Assembly (NCBI GenBank): GCA_038064895.1
Contig: JBBTSA010000010.1
Location: forward strand, 118,616 to 182,615
Direction: 5' to 3'
Length of the DNA stretch: 64,000 nt
From: Patescibacteria group bacterium
Lineage (GTDB): Bacteria > Patescibacteriota > Microgenomatia > Daviesbacterales > UBA10151
The translations under genes and the position numbers were made by a program. Below, piece after piece: positions 10,258 to 19,916 of this stretch (the first letter of the stretch is position 1; every line of letters starts with the position of its first letter). The notes below the pieces were generated by a model, which made no database searches, was not told where the DNA came from, and saw nothing but the letters and a program-made list of their open reading frames with translations.

Positions 10258-12001
10258 TTTTTTTAACCAGTAAATAATTACTTAAAGCTAAGTATTTTAA
10301 ACCAGTAACTTTGAAAGTGTGCAAGGCATCTTCTGGACTACAAACAATTGGTTCCCCATGGTAGTTAAATGAAGTATTTAAAACTGCACCAATTCCGGTA
10401 AGTTCCTCAAAATATTTAATTAACCTCCAGTAGTGGGGGTTATCCTTTTTTGTAAGTATTTGAGGACGACATGTAAAATCGGCGGGGTGCACTGCCACAG
10501 CCAAATCTTTTCTTGCCTTCGCGGTGGTATCAAAACCTATCGCCATAAATGAAGCATTGATATTTTTGGGATTAACAATATATTCTTTTGCTCTCTCTGC
10601 TAAAATAGTTGCGGCAAAAGGCATCCAAAAATCCCTTGACTTAACCTGATCATTAAGCTCTAACTTTAAATCCACTCTACTGGGATCCATTAAAATTGAT
10701 CTGTTGCCCAAGGCTCTGGCTCCCCACTCCATCCTTCCTTTGAAACGTCCTACTATTTTCCCTTCTGCCAAAAGCCTGGCAATTTCTTTTTCAATATCAG
10801 AGTATTTTTTAACTTTATACTTTTTATTTTTTTCTTTAAAAATCAATCCTTCAATTTCTCTGTCTGAATATTCTGGTCCCAAATAAAGACTTTCTACATT
10901 ATTAGCATTTAATCCACCCTGAAGTTGAAAACCATAATATGCTCCACCAAAAGGTGCTGATTCGTCTGAAGCTGATGGACAAACAACCAAATTTTCGACT
11001 TCTGAAATTTCTGAAATTTTTTTATTGGCTTTAACATTCATGAAAAATCCTCCTGAAACAACTACATTTTTAATACCTGTTCTTTTAATTGCTTTTTTTA
11101 CCAGCTCAACTACCAACTGCTCTACAAAAATTTGTGCCGCTGCTGCCACTCCATCAAATCTTTTATGAATTAGAAACTTATCAAAGTAATATAAGTATGA
11201 ACCTGATGGATATTTAGAATGAATCATTAAATCATCATCAATCCAAAATAAATCTTTAAGAAGTGGGTAAACCTTACTAGTTTCATATTGAGACACATAA
11301 GGCGCAAGACCCATCACTTTATATTCATGCTCATTCATCTTCATTCCAAGAAAATGAGTGATTAAACCGAAGAAAGTAGCAATAGAATTACCTCCCAACG
11401 TTGCTGCAATTTTTTTCCACTTCCCTTTTTCTACTGTCCAAACTGTGCCACATAAGCTATCACCCTCACCATCTAAGGTAATAACTAGTTGATTTTTTTG
11501 TTGATCCTTCAATGGAACAAAGCCATAATAGGCTGCATAAGCGTGACAAAGATGGTGATTGGCAAAAACAATTTTTTTTCCATCAATCCCTAAAAATTTG
11601 GCCATGTTAACCCTAAACTGTATCTTAAATATTGGAGCCAATATATATTTGGATAAAAAAATGTAACAGTCTTTAAGAAAAAAACCAAGGCTAGGAAATT
11701 GAAAAGTTAGTTTTTTTAAGTATTTTGAAGGGTATAAAATAGTATCCATCAACTTTTGACTTTTTGTTTCACCATAAGGATTCACATATCCTTCAGGATG
11801 TTCATAAATACGGACAAATAAATCTACATCTTTAGCACTTATGCCTACTTGTTCCAAACAGTAATTGATGGCTTGTGTAGGAAAAACATCGGCATTTTTT
11901 ATTCGATTAAATCTTTCTTCTGAAACGGATGCTAAAATCTCCCCATCCTTTAAGATGCATGCAGTCGCATTATGTCCTTTATAAAATCCAATGGTAATCA
12001 T
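10250..12001 (-). CDS. Carbamoyltransferase (NodU/CmcH/TobZ family)
   Basis: EERFNRIK, HHLCHA, DGEGD, EYKVMGLAPY, EWGARALGNRSIL, LNTSFN. Confidence 0.93.
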   Translation of the reverse strand: MITIGFYKGHNATACILKDGEILASVSEERFNRIKNADVFPTQAINYCLEQVGISAKDVDLFVRIYEHPEGYVNPYGETKSQKLMDTILYPSKYLKKLTFQFPSLGFFLKDCYIFLSKYILAPIFKIQFRVNMAKFLGIDGKKIVFANHHLCHAYAAYYGFVPLKDQQKNQLVITLDGEGDSLCGTVWTVEKGKWKKIAATLGGNSIATFFGLITHFLGMKMNEHEYKVMGLAPYVSQYETSKVYPLLKDLFWIDDDLMIHSKYPSGSYLYYFDKFLIHKRFDGVAAAAQIFVEQLVVELVKKAIKRTGIKNVVVSGGFFMNVKANKKISEISEVENLVVCPSASDESAPFGGAYYGFQLQGGLNANNVESLYLGPEYSDREIEGLIFKEKNKKYKVKKYSDIEKEIARLLAEGKIVGRFKGRMEWGARALGNRSILMDPSRVDLKLELNDQVKSRDFWMPFAATILAERAKEYIVNPKNINASFMAIGFDTTAKARKDLAVAVHPADFTCRPQILTKKDNPHYWRLIKYFEELTGIGAVLNTSFNYHGEPIVCSPEDALHTFKVTGLKYLALSNYLLVKKNA

Positions 12002-12032
12002 TATAAATTTGGAATATAATATCACTACATTT

Positions 12033-12644
12033 ATGATCAAAGCAATTGTATTTGATTTGGATGGGGTATTAATAGATGCAACACAGTGGCACTATCAGGC
12101 ATTAAATGATGCTTTGAAACTCTTCGGGTTTGAAATAGGGTTAGAAGAGCATCTTAGCACATACAATGCCTTACCAACTGTTGAAAAATTAAAGCTCATG
12201 TCTGAAAGGAAGGGATTACCGTTGGGACTGCATGAAATGATAAAAATTTTGAAAAGGAGATTCACAGATAGAAAGGTCGAACAACTCTGTAGTCCCGATC
12301 ACCAAAAACAAATTATGCTCTCGCATCTTAAAAAAAAGGGTTACAAATTGCTGTGTTGCAGCAACTCTCAAAAATATTCAGTAATGAATATGATTAAATC
12401 TGCTGGCATAGCTGATTATTTTGATCTTATTTTAGGAAATGATGAAGGGTTTAAACCAAAACCTAATCCGGATATATATCTGGCGGCATTCAAAAAATTA
12501 AAAATTAATCCGGAAGAAGCATTAATAATAGAAGATGCAACTCATGGTATTGAAGCTGCAAAGCGCTCTGGAGCAAGAGTTTTTGCTGTTAGAGGATTTG
12601 AAGATGTCAATTTATCACTTTTTCTAGACTTAAATTTAATATAA
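12033..12644 (+). CDS. HAD-family hydrolase/phosphatase (beta-PGM-like)
   Basis: FDLDG motif I, CSNS motif II, KPNPDIY, IIED. Confidence 0.9.
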   Translation: MIKAIVFDLDGVLIDATQWHYQALNDALKLFGFEIGLEEHLSTYNALPTVEKLKLMSERKGLPLGLHEMIKILKRRFTDRKVEQLCSPDHQKQIMLSHLKKKGYKLLCCSNSQKYSVMNMIKSAGIADYFDLILGNDEGFKPKPNPDIYLAAFKKLKINPEEALIIEDATHGIEAAKRSGARVFAVRGFEDVNLSLFLDLNLI

Positions 12645-13406
12645 ATGGCTAAATCAAATTCAGATCAAATAAACATTGTCATACCGATGTCAGGAGAAGG
12701 TAAAAGCTTCATCCAAGCAGGCTATACTTTTCCAAAACCTTTAATAGACATTAATGGAAAACCGATGGTTCAAATAGTTCTTGAAAATCTTACGCCTAAA
12801 TATAAACATAAATTTATATTAGTCTGCAAAAAGGAACATTTTGATAAGTATTCTATGCATCAAGTATTTGTTAATTCTATCAAGGGAGATTTTATAACCA
12901 TCCCACTAATTTCATCTACACAAGGAGCACTTTGTAGTGTACTTAATGCAGTTGATCAAATCAGTAGTAATCAAGAATTAGTTATTGCTAATGCCGATCA
13001 AATTATTGATATAGATATTAATAAATTTATTGACTTTGCAAGAAAATCAAAAGCCGATGGAGTGATTATGACCTTTAAATCTCATCATCCTCGTTGGAGT
13101 TATGCGAGAGTGGATGAAAAAGGTATTATTTTAGAGACAGCGGAGAAAAAAGTTATATCTGATCAGGCCACTGTTGGGATATATTATTTTAAAGCAGGTA
13201 GCTCATTTATGAAAGCGGCATTTTCTATGATAGAAAAAAATATCCGCTTTAATAATGATTTTTATGTTTGTCCTGTCTATAATGAACTAATTTTAGAAGG
13301 CAAAAAAATTATTAAGTGGGAGATAAAAGATGTACAAATGCACGGACTCGGAACTCCTGAAGATTTAAACAGTTATTTAAATTTAGCGTCTAAAAAACGG
13401 AAATGA
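12645..13406 (+). CDS. Sugar-phosphate nucleotidyltransferase-like (NTP transferase, GT-A fold)
   Basis: IVIPMSGEG..PKPLI, NADQ, EKKVIS, FYVCPVYN, GLGTPEDL. Confidence 0.85.
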   Translation: MAKSNSDQINIVIPMSGEGKSFIQAGYTFPKPLIDINGKPMVQIVLENLTPKYKHKFILVCKKEHFDKYSMHQVFVNSIKGDFITIPLISSTQGALCSVLNAVDQISSNQELVIANADQIIDIDINKFIDFARKSKADGVIMTFKSHHPRWSYARVDEKGIILETAEKKVISDQATVGIYYFKAGSSFMKAAFSMIEKNIRFNNDFYVCPVYNELILEGKKIIKWEIKDVQMHGLGTPEDLNSYLNLASKKRK

Positions 13407-14173
13407 AAGTTGTGGTACCAATGGCAGGAAAAGGATCAAGGTTTTCAGATGCTGCTCATTTAAATTCGGAGTATAAAAAACCAAAACCTTTAATTAGTAT
13501 TAAAGGAAAACCAATGATTGTTTGGGCAATTGAATCTTTAAAAAAGTTTAACCCTAAGCCGCAAGATCTTATTTTTATCTGCAGACAGGATCATGAAGAC
13601 GATTTCCAAATATCTCGCTCTCTAAAAGATCTTTTTGGCGATCAAATTAAAATAGTGCTTATTGCTCAAATCACAAAAGGTGCTGCAGAAACGGTTTTAA
13701 AAGCCAAAGAATATATTAGCTCTGATGAAGATATTATTGTTTCTGATTCTGATCACTATTTTGACGGGAGCTTTCTATACAATAAAGTTTCCGGCAAGGA
13801 TTCAGAAACTGAAGGGGTAATACCGGTTTTTAAACCCCCTGATAAAGACCCAAAATGGAGTTTTTCGTTGGTTGAAAAGGGTGATACAGTTACAGCGGTT
13901 GGAGAAAAAGATAAGGAACTTGCTGCAAAGGGAGCTTATGCAAATATCGGGGGTTATTATTTTACTCATGGAAATGTTTTTGTCAAAGAAGTAGAAGGGG
14001 CAATTTTAGAAAATGATTTAACAGGAGATGAAGGGAAAAAAGAATTTTATGTTGCACCAATCTATCAAAGATTAATCAGTAAGGGAAAGAAGATAATTGC
14101 TGCTATTACTCCAAATGTCTGGGGCCTGGGTACCCCCAAGGATGTTGAATATTTTGAAACCAATTTTAAGTAA
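13403..14173 (+). CDS. Sugar-phosphate nucleotidyltransferase-like (second paralog)
   Basis: VVVPMAGKGSRF..PKPLI, DSD, GEK, EFYVAPIY, GLGTPKD. Confidence 0.85.
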   Translation: MKVVVPMAGKGSRFSDAAHLNSEYKKPKPLISIKGKPMIVWAIESLKKFNPKPQDLIFICRQDHEDDFQISRSLKDLFGDQIKIVLIAQITKGAAETVLKAKEYISSDEDIIVSDSDHYFDGSFLYNKVSGKDSETEGVIPVFKPPDKDPKWSFSLVEKGDTVTAVGEKDKELAAKGAYANIGGYYFTHGNVFVKEVEGAILENDLTGDEGKKEFYVAPIYQRLISKGKKIIAAITPNVWGLGTPKDVEYFETNFK

Positions 14174-14178
14174 TTAGT

Positions 14179-14592
14179 ATGTACCGTTTAACCAAAAATG
14201 AAAATTCGTATAAAAAGTATCTAATGGGTGAGAAGGGTTGCTATTTTTGTAAACCAGAACCAAAAGTAGTAGTTTTAAAAACAAAAAACTTTTATATAAG
14301 CAAAAATAATTTTCCTTATGATTTTTGGGATGGCCAAAAAGTTATCAAACATTTGCTGGTTGTATCAAAAAAACATTCTTCTATTTCGAGTTCCAAAGAC
14401 AGCAGTTTACTCTTTGAGTATAACCGGTTAATAAATAAATATTCTAATAGGGGATTTGATATTTATACCAGAACTCCTAACTCCCCTTCCAGATCCCAAA
14501 GCCATTTTCATACACATTTAATTAAAACAGATGGGAAAAAACTTAAAAAACTTATTTACAACTTAGAACCATACAGATTATTAGTTGAATAA
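14179..14592 (+). CDS. HIT-family nucleotide hydrolase
   Basis: CYFC, NNFPY, HLLVVSKKH, HFHTH triad. Confidence 0.8.
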   Translation: MYRLTKNENSYKKYLMGEKGCYFCKPEPKVVVLKTKNFYISKNNFPYDFWDGQKVIKHLLVVSKKHSSISSSKDSSLLFEYNRLINKYSNRGFDIYTRTPNSPSRSQSHFHTHLIKTDGKKLKKLIYNLEPYRLLVE

Positions 14593-14593
14593 A

Positions 14594-15523
14594 TTATCTG
14601 AAGCCTTGATAATCTCTATATCTTCTGTAGACTGCTTCTCTAACATCATCATAAACCACAGCATTAGTTCCGATTGCGATTTGAGTTGATTCTGTTACCG
14701 GTTTTCCAAACCTATCAGTGAATCTCCCTCCAGCTTCTATAATGGCTAAACCACCTGCAGCTAAATCAAAAAATCCTCCAACTGCATCGGTTAAAGTAGC
14801 TTCAGCCCTACCAGCTGCTACTTTTAGCTGTTGATCAATATTACTTCCGCTCATCCTAAAACCAATATTATGACCAGAACTTCTCTCTAGCGCCTTCATA
14901 AAGTTATGCTTTCTGGATGAATTTTTATCGTTAAATAGCGCATCAACATATACAATGCCACCTTCCAAACCCTGTTTTGATACTTCAAGTTGCCTCTCAT
15001 AATGTAAGTCAGTTAAAAATTCACTATCAATCCAAAAAAGATGAGTACCCTTACCTATCTGTGCCACTACCAGCTCTTTTTCAAACGGATGGTAAATTGC
15101 TGCCGCGAATGGTTTATTCCCTTCGTACACAGCATTTCCTACAGTTGAATATCTTTGTCCTCTAGCATAGCTGGAGGTTCCATCCAGAGGATCAAAATGG
15201 TAAGAGTTCCCATCGCTTCCCTCCTCATCTCCTGTTTCTTCCTCATTAATTCTACTTTTAGGAAATTTATTTCTAATAACTTCTTTACCTATTCTACCTG
15301 ATTCCATATCGGCTACAGTTCTAGGTGTATTACCTGCCTCGGCTTTATAGACTGTTTGTAAAACTTCTGGAGATGCTCCATATATCTCTAAAACTTTTTC
15401 ACCTCCCAAAACTACAGCTGCTGCAGCTGTAGTTAAACGTGGATCGGATAGACCATTTGCTTGTAATCTCTCATGAACCACATCTATAGTTTTTCTAGCT
15501 TCAATACCTAATTCTTTTGACAT
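14594..15523 (-). CDS. Inositol monophosphatase family protein
   Basis: TVAD, NEEE, DPLDGTSSY, VAAGRAE, FFDLAAG. Confidence 0.88.
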   Translation of the reverse strand: MSKELGIEARKTIDVVHERLQANGLSDPRLTTAAAAVVLGGEKVLEIYGASPEVLQTVYKAEAGNTPRTVADMESGRIGKEVIRNKFPKSRINEEETGDEEGSDGNSYHFDPLDGTSSYARGQRYSTVGNAVYEGNKPFAAAIYHPFEKELVVAQIGKGTHLFWIDSEFLTDLHYERQLEVSKQGLEGGIVYVDALFNDKNSSRKHNFMKALERSSGHNIGFRMSGSNIDQQLKVAAGRAEATLTDAVGGFFDLAAGGLAIIEAGGRFTDRFGKPVTESTQIAIGTNAVVYDDVREAVYRRYRDYQGFR

Positions 15524-15556
15524 AGCGGAAATATTATCATATCTTGGTCTATAATT

Positions 15557-16429
15557 TCAACTATAGGATTCTAATTCTTTTTTCATTAAATTTAATCCCT
15601 GGATAATACTTAAGGGTTTTATACCTAACTGCTTTTCCATTTTTGAAGTATTAAAACAAGTATTTTTTGGTCTCTTTGCGATATTTTTAAAAAAGTCACT
15701 TGTGACAGGGGATATAAGTGATTGGTCCAGACCAAAAACTTCTGCAACTTTTAAAGCTAAATCATATCTACTTATACAATCTGCTCCTGCAATGTTATAT
15801 ACCCCACTTATATTTTCCCTGATAACTTCCCATAAGGCTTCCGCTGCCTGTCCTGCCCACAAATGATTATTATAAATATCATTTACAACATTTATCCTTT
15901 GCTCTCTTTTTAAATTATCAATCATCCATGTTACTGGATTTTGCCTTCCACCTTTTTGCGGCCATCCATACATTGTTATGAGTCTTAAAATTACATATTT
16001 TAAATCGCTTTTTATAATTAACTTTTCCCCCTCAACCTTTGTTTTACCATAAATATCTACAGGATTAGGAATTTTTTTTTCATCATAGGGAGCGCTATCA
16101 CCATCATAAATTGCATTTGAAGACAAAAATATTATTTTAGCATTTATTTTTTTTGCTGCCTCTATGATATTGCGTGTACCCTCTACATTAACTGCATAAG
16201 CTTCATCAGGGTGTTTTTCGCAATAATCAACGTTTCCCGCCGATGCGGCGTGAACTATTATTCGGGGATTTAGATCATTCACAAAATCTAATACTTTTTT
16301 TTTATCACTGATATTAAAATCTTTACTGCTAACTCCAGTTATTTCAAAGTTGAGATCTCCGCCTTTTAAAAAATACCCTCCTAAAAGTCCCGTAATCCCG
16401 GTAAAAACAATTCTGGGAGATGATTTCAT
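15557..16429 (-). CDS. rfbD: dTDP-4-dehydrorhamnose reductase-like SDR
   Basis: TGITGLLG, VDYCE, YGKTK, AKRPKN. Confidence 0.8.
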   Translation of the reverse strand: MKSSPRIVFTGITGLLGGYFLKGGDLNFEITGVSSKDFNISDKKKVLDFVNDLNPRIIVHAASAGNVDYCEKHPDEAYAVNVEGTRNIIEAAKKINAKIIFLSSNAIYDGDSAPYDEKKIPNPVDIYGKTKVEGEKLIIKSDLKYVILRLITMYGWPQKGGRQNPVTWMIDNLKREQRINVVNDIYNNHLWAGQAAEALWEVIRENISGVYNIAGADCISRYDLALKVAEVFGLDQSLISPVTSDFFKNIAKRPKNTCFNTSKMEKQLGIKPLSIIQGLNLMKKELESYS

Positions 16430-16436
16430 GAAGCGA

Positions 16437-17462
16437 TTATATCACCTTTTTGGCAGCCCAAGAGATAACAGCCCATGAATAAACAATTAAATAACTAAAA
16501 CAAAGTAGCGGATGTAAAAACCAAGCTGGGTCTCTTACCTTTATATAACCTCTGATGGCGTCAAAGGTTGGCTTGATAAACGTCAAGGAATAAATTATGT
16601 ACTTTATAAGATTTAAAGTATCAGTTTCCGGAACAAAAACTGCATATCTTCTCTTGCTGATCCTTTCAAAGTACTGGGTTTCCATAATATGTTTCCTTCT
16701 TATTAGAAACTTCACAAAATATGAAATCTTTGTTCTTTTAAAATGGATAATATCATCTTTGACAATTGCATATTTATTAAACCCTCTTTGGATTAAATCG
16801 TAGTTTACATCTGTATGGAAGAAATTTTTCGGGTCGGATTTTGCAAACTTAAGAAGTTTTCTTCTTAAAATAAATCCATTTGCACCAATGACCGGGATCC
16901 TTTTTTCTGTAAATTTCACAAGATAATAATCACCACAGTCAGTGCTTTCTCCTAACAAGTTGTAACTATCAAATGCATAAGAAAGTTTAGAGTCCTTCCC
17001 CAGATAATATGGTACCGGGTCAACCCCTCCTAAAAGGGCAAAGTACCTATCTAAAATATTATCCTTAGGGTCCCAGTGAAACCTTAAGGTTTCGGAACCG
17101 GTTATTTCAGAATTTTCCATCAAAGGTTTAACCATATTTTTTAACCAATTTTTGTGAGGGAGTACATTGTCGGCATCAATAAAAAGTACCAGTTCCTTTT
17201 TTGCATGCAGTGCCCCAATCCCCTTATTGTATTCTGCTTCCTGATCCCAGGGAGGAACTTTATAAAGTCTAACCTTAAATTTTTTTATAATATCAAGAGT
17301 GGAATCTTTTGAACCACCATCCACAATGATTACTTCAATTTTACCTTTAGGGTAATTTTGAGAAAAAACACTCACTAGACATTCTTCAAGTGACTGCGAA
17401 GAATAAAATGTTGCTATTACACAAGAGATGGTAGGTAATTTATTGCTCATTATGTGTATCAT
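16437..17462 (-). CDS. GT2 glycosyltransferase with C-terminal TM helices
   Basis: SCVIATF, VDGGSKD, FIDAD, GANGF. Confidence 0.88.
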   Translation of the reverse strand: MIHIMSNKLPTISCVIATFYSSQSLEECLVSVFSQNYPKGKIEVIIVDGGSKDSTLDIIKKFKVRLYKVPPWDQEAEYNKGIGALHAKKELVLFIDADNVLPHKNWLKNMVKPLMENSEITGSETLRFHWDPKDNILDRYFALLGGVDPVPYYLGKDSKLSYAFDSYNLLGESTDCGDYYLVKFTEKRIPVIGANGFILRRKLLKFAKSDPKNFFHTDVNYDLIQRGFNKYAIVKDDIIHFKRTKISYFVKFLIRRKHIMETQYFERISKRRYAVFVPETDTLNLIKYIIYSLTFIKPTFDAIRGYIKVRDPAWFLHPLLCFSYLIVYSWAVISWAAKKVI

Positions 17463-17512
17463 TTAACTATTTTAAATGTTATTTGTAAAGTTTTTTCGTG
17501 TATAATTCCGAT

Positions 17513-18520
17513 ATGAATCTAAATTTAGGAATTGTTGGCCTTGGATATTGGGGGCCAAATTATGCAAGGGTAATAAGTCAGCTGGAAGATGTGGCTCTTA
17601 TATGGTGCTGCGATACTAATAATGTTGCATTGTCTAAATTTTCAAAACTTTATCCTAATATAAGGACTACCAACAACATAGATTTACTGCTAAATGACAG
17701 TAATCTAAATTGTGTAATAATAGTAATTCCTGCACAGGGTCATTTTAGGGTAGCAAAACAATTTTTACAAAAAGGTAAGGATGTTCTGCTGGAAAAGCCG
17801 CTTACTGATAATTTGAAGGAGGCAAAAGAGTTGGTTGATCTTGCCCAAAAGAAAAAAAGAGTACTAATGGTGGATCATACTTTTATTTTTAATGCTGCGA
17901 TAAGAAAATTAAAAGAGTTAATTTATAGTCAAGAACTGGGAAAAGTATATTACATCTATGGTAATTATAATGCATTAGGGCCTATTAGAAGAGATATTTC
18001 TTCTATGTGGGATTTACCTCATTTTATCTATGTAGTAAATTTTCTTCTGGGTACTACTCCGCTCTGGGTACAGGCAGCTGGAAAAGATTATTTACAAAAA
18101 AAAATGGAGGACGTAGTGTTCTTAACCTTTGAATATCCAGGAGATATTTTGTTTAATCTAAATTGTTCTTGGATAGACCCTGTTAAGGTAAGAAGGCTGG
18201 TAGTAGTTGGAGAGAGAAAAATGGTTGTTTTTGATGATATGGAACCTGAAGAAAAGCTTAAGATATATAATAAGGGAGTTGATTTATCTGATGACCCTAA
18301 TTTTGCCGATTTGCAGCTGATAGTAAGACACGGTGATACATTAATTCCCAAGCTGGAACCAGAAGAACCTTTGAAGGAAGTAACTAAAAATTTTATAAAA
18401 AGTATTCAAACAAGAAACAATAATATTGCCAATGGTGATGATGGGCTAAGTTTGGTTCGAATATTACATTATGCTCAAAGTTCTTTAAGAAAACAGGGTA
18501 AAAGGATAAAAATACGGTGA
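17513..18520 (+). CDS. Gfo/Idh/MocA oxidoreductase (WbpB/WlbA-like nucleotide-sugar oxidase)
   Basis: GLGYWG, LLEKP, MVDHTF. Paralog of 27847..28869. Confidence 0.88.
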   Translation: MNLNLGIVGLGYWGPNYARVISQLEDVALIWCCDTNNVALSKFSKLYPNIRTTNNIDLLLNDSNLNCVIIVIPAQGHFRVAKQFLQKGKDVLLEKPLTDNLKEAKELVDLAQKKKRVLMVDHTFIFNAAIRKLKELIYSQELGKVYYIYGNYNALGPIRRDISSMWDLPHFIYVVNFLLGTTPLWVQAAGKDYLQKKMEDVVFLTFEYPGDILFNLNCSWIDPVKVRRLVVVGERKMVVFDDMEPEEKLKIYNKGVDLSDDPNFADLQLIVRHGDTLIPKLEPEEPLKEVTKNFIKSIQTRNNNIANGDDGLSLVRILHYAQSSLRKQGKRIKIR

Positions 18521-19164
18521 AAAAATATCAAGTTTACAAAAATGTCAAAATTGGTAAGGATACAAAAATTGAGGATGGGGTGATTATCGGACTCCCACCT
18601 ACCGACAAAATAAATGGTGAGTTATCAACAATAATTGGTGAGAATACATATATTAGGGCAAATACTATCATTTATGCAGGAGTTACAATTGGTAAAAATT
18701 TCCAAACAGGTCCAAATGTCTTGATACGAGAAAATAACACAATTGGGAATAACGTTGTAGTTTGGCATGGGAGTACTTTAAACCCGGATAATGTAATCGG
18801 AGATAACTGCCGAATTCACGCTGGTTGTTTTTTGGAAATGGTCACATTGGGCAAAAGCGTTTTCTTGGGTCCGAGAGTTACTTTTACAAATGACCCCCAC
18901 CCTATGCTTCCTGTTAATTTTAAGGAGTGTTTAAAAGGAGCAACCGTAGGAGATAGTGCTGTAATTGGAGGAAATGTGACGATCTTACCTCATATTAAGA
19001 TCGGGGGCAAGGCAGTTATAGGAGCTGGTTCTGTTGTGGTAAAAAATATCTCAAGCAGTAAAGTCGCTGTTGGCAATCCGGCAAAAGTAATTAAGAGTGT
19101 TTCAGAGCTAAAGTGTATAAAATCAGGAAAAATCCACTATCCTTATCGAAACAAAAAGATTTAG
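18517..19164 (+). CDS. Hexapeptide-repeat N-acyltransferase (WbpD/WlbB-like)
   Basis: Left-handed beta-helix repeats, FTND, GAGSVV, GNPAK. GTGA overlap with the upstream gene. Confidence 0.88.
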   Translation: MKKYQVYKNVKIGKDTKIEDGVIIGLPPTDKINGELSTIIGENTYIRANTIIYAGVTIGKNFQTGPNVLIRENNTIGNNVVVWHGSTLNPDNVIGDNCRIHAGCFLEMVTLGKSVFLGPRVTFTNDPHPMLPVNFKECLKGATVGDSAVIGGNVTILPHIKIGGKAVIGAGSVVVKNISSSKVAVGNPAKVIKSVSELKCIKSGKIHYPYRNKKI

Positions 19165-19166
19165 AT

Positions 19167-19916
19167 TTAGTTTTTTAATTTCAATTTTAATAAAAATACT
19201 GGCTTTGCAAATTTCCACCAGTCAATAATTGGTCTAATTTTTGAGTAATTTTTTACATTTGCTAGATAATCTTTTGAAATGGGTACCTCTTTAACTTTAT
19301 AACCTAAAGTTATAACTTTATAGTGCAAATAAACTTCCAGTTCATAACTATTAAGCCAATTTTGATCTATATTAATTCTCCTATCCTTAAAAATTGACAG
19401 CTTGTAAGCTCTAAAGCCATTTGTAGAATCTGTAAATTTAAATCCTATAAATATCCTCATGAATAATGTAAATCCCAATATCATAATTTTTCTTAAAATT
19501 GGCAAATTTTTAAATGATCCACCCTTCAAAAACCTGGAGCCTTGCACATAATCAAAGTTGTCATTGATAATGGGACTTAGCAAAAGTGGAATCTCTAAAG
19601 GAGTATCCTTACCATTTCCTGCCATTATTACACAAATATCAAAATTGTTACTTAGCCCAAAATTGATTACACTTCTAATTGCTGAGCCCACTCCTCTATT
19701 GCTTGTATGCGAAATTATCTTTGCATTTTTAATATAATTTTTCTTTAAAAAAATTTTAATAACTTTTACAGAATTATCTGTTGACCCATCATTAAGAAAT
19801 AGTATTTTATATGAAAAGTTTAAATGAAACCTTTTAAATTTTTCTAATAGGAATCTTATCTTATCTGCCTCATTGTAAAAGACCACACCAATCAAAATCT
19901 TGAGGTTATTTTTCAT
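19167..19916 (-). CDS. DPM1-like GT2 (polyprenol-phosphate sugar synthase)
   Basis: YNE, NDGSTD, NRGVG, MAGNGKD (variant of DADxQ), GSRF, TDSTNGFRAY. Confidence 0.85.
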   Translation of the reverse strand: MKNNLKILIGVVFYNEADKIRFLLEKFKRFHLNFSYKILFLNDGSTDNSVKVIKIFLKKNYIKNAKIISHTSNRGVGSAIRSVINFGLSNNFDICVIMAGNGKDTPLEIPLLLSPIINDNFDYVQGSRFLKGGSFKNLPILRKIMILGFTLFMRIFIGFKFTDSTNGFRAYKLSIFKDRRINIDQNWLNSYELEVYLHYKVITLGYKVKEVPISKDYLANVKNYSKIRPIIDWWKFAKPVFLLKLKLKN

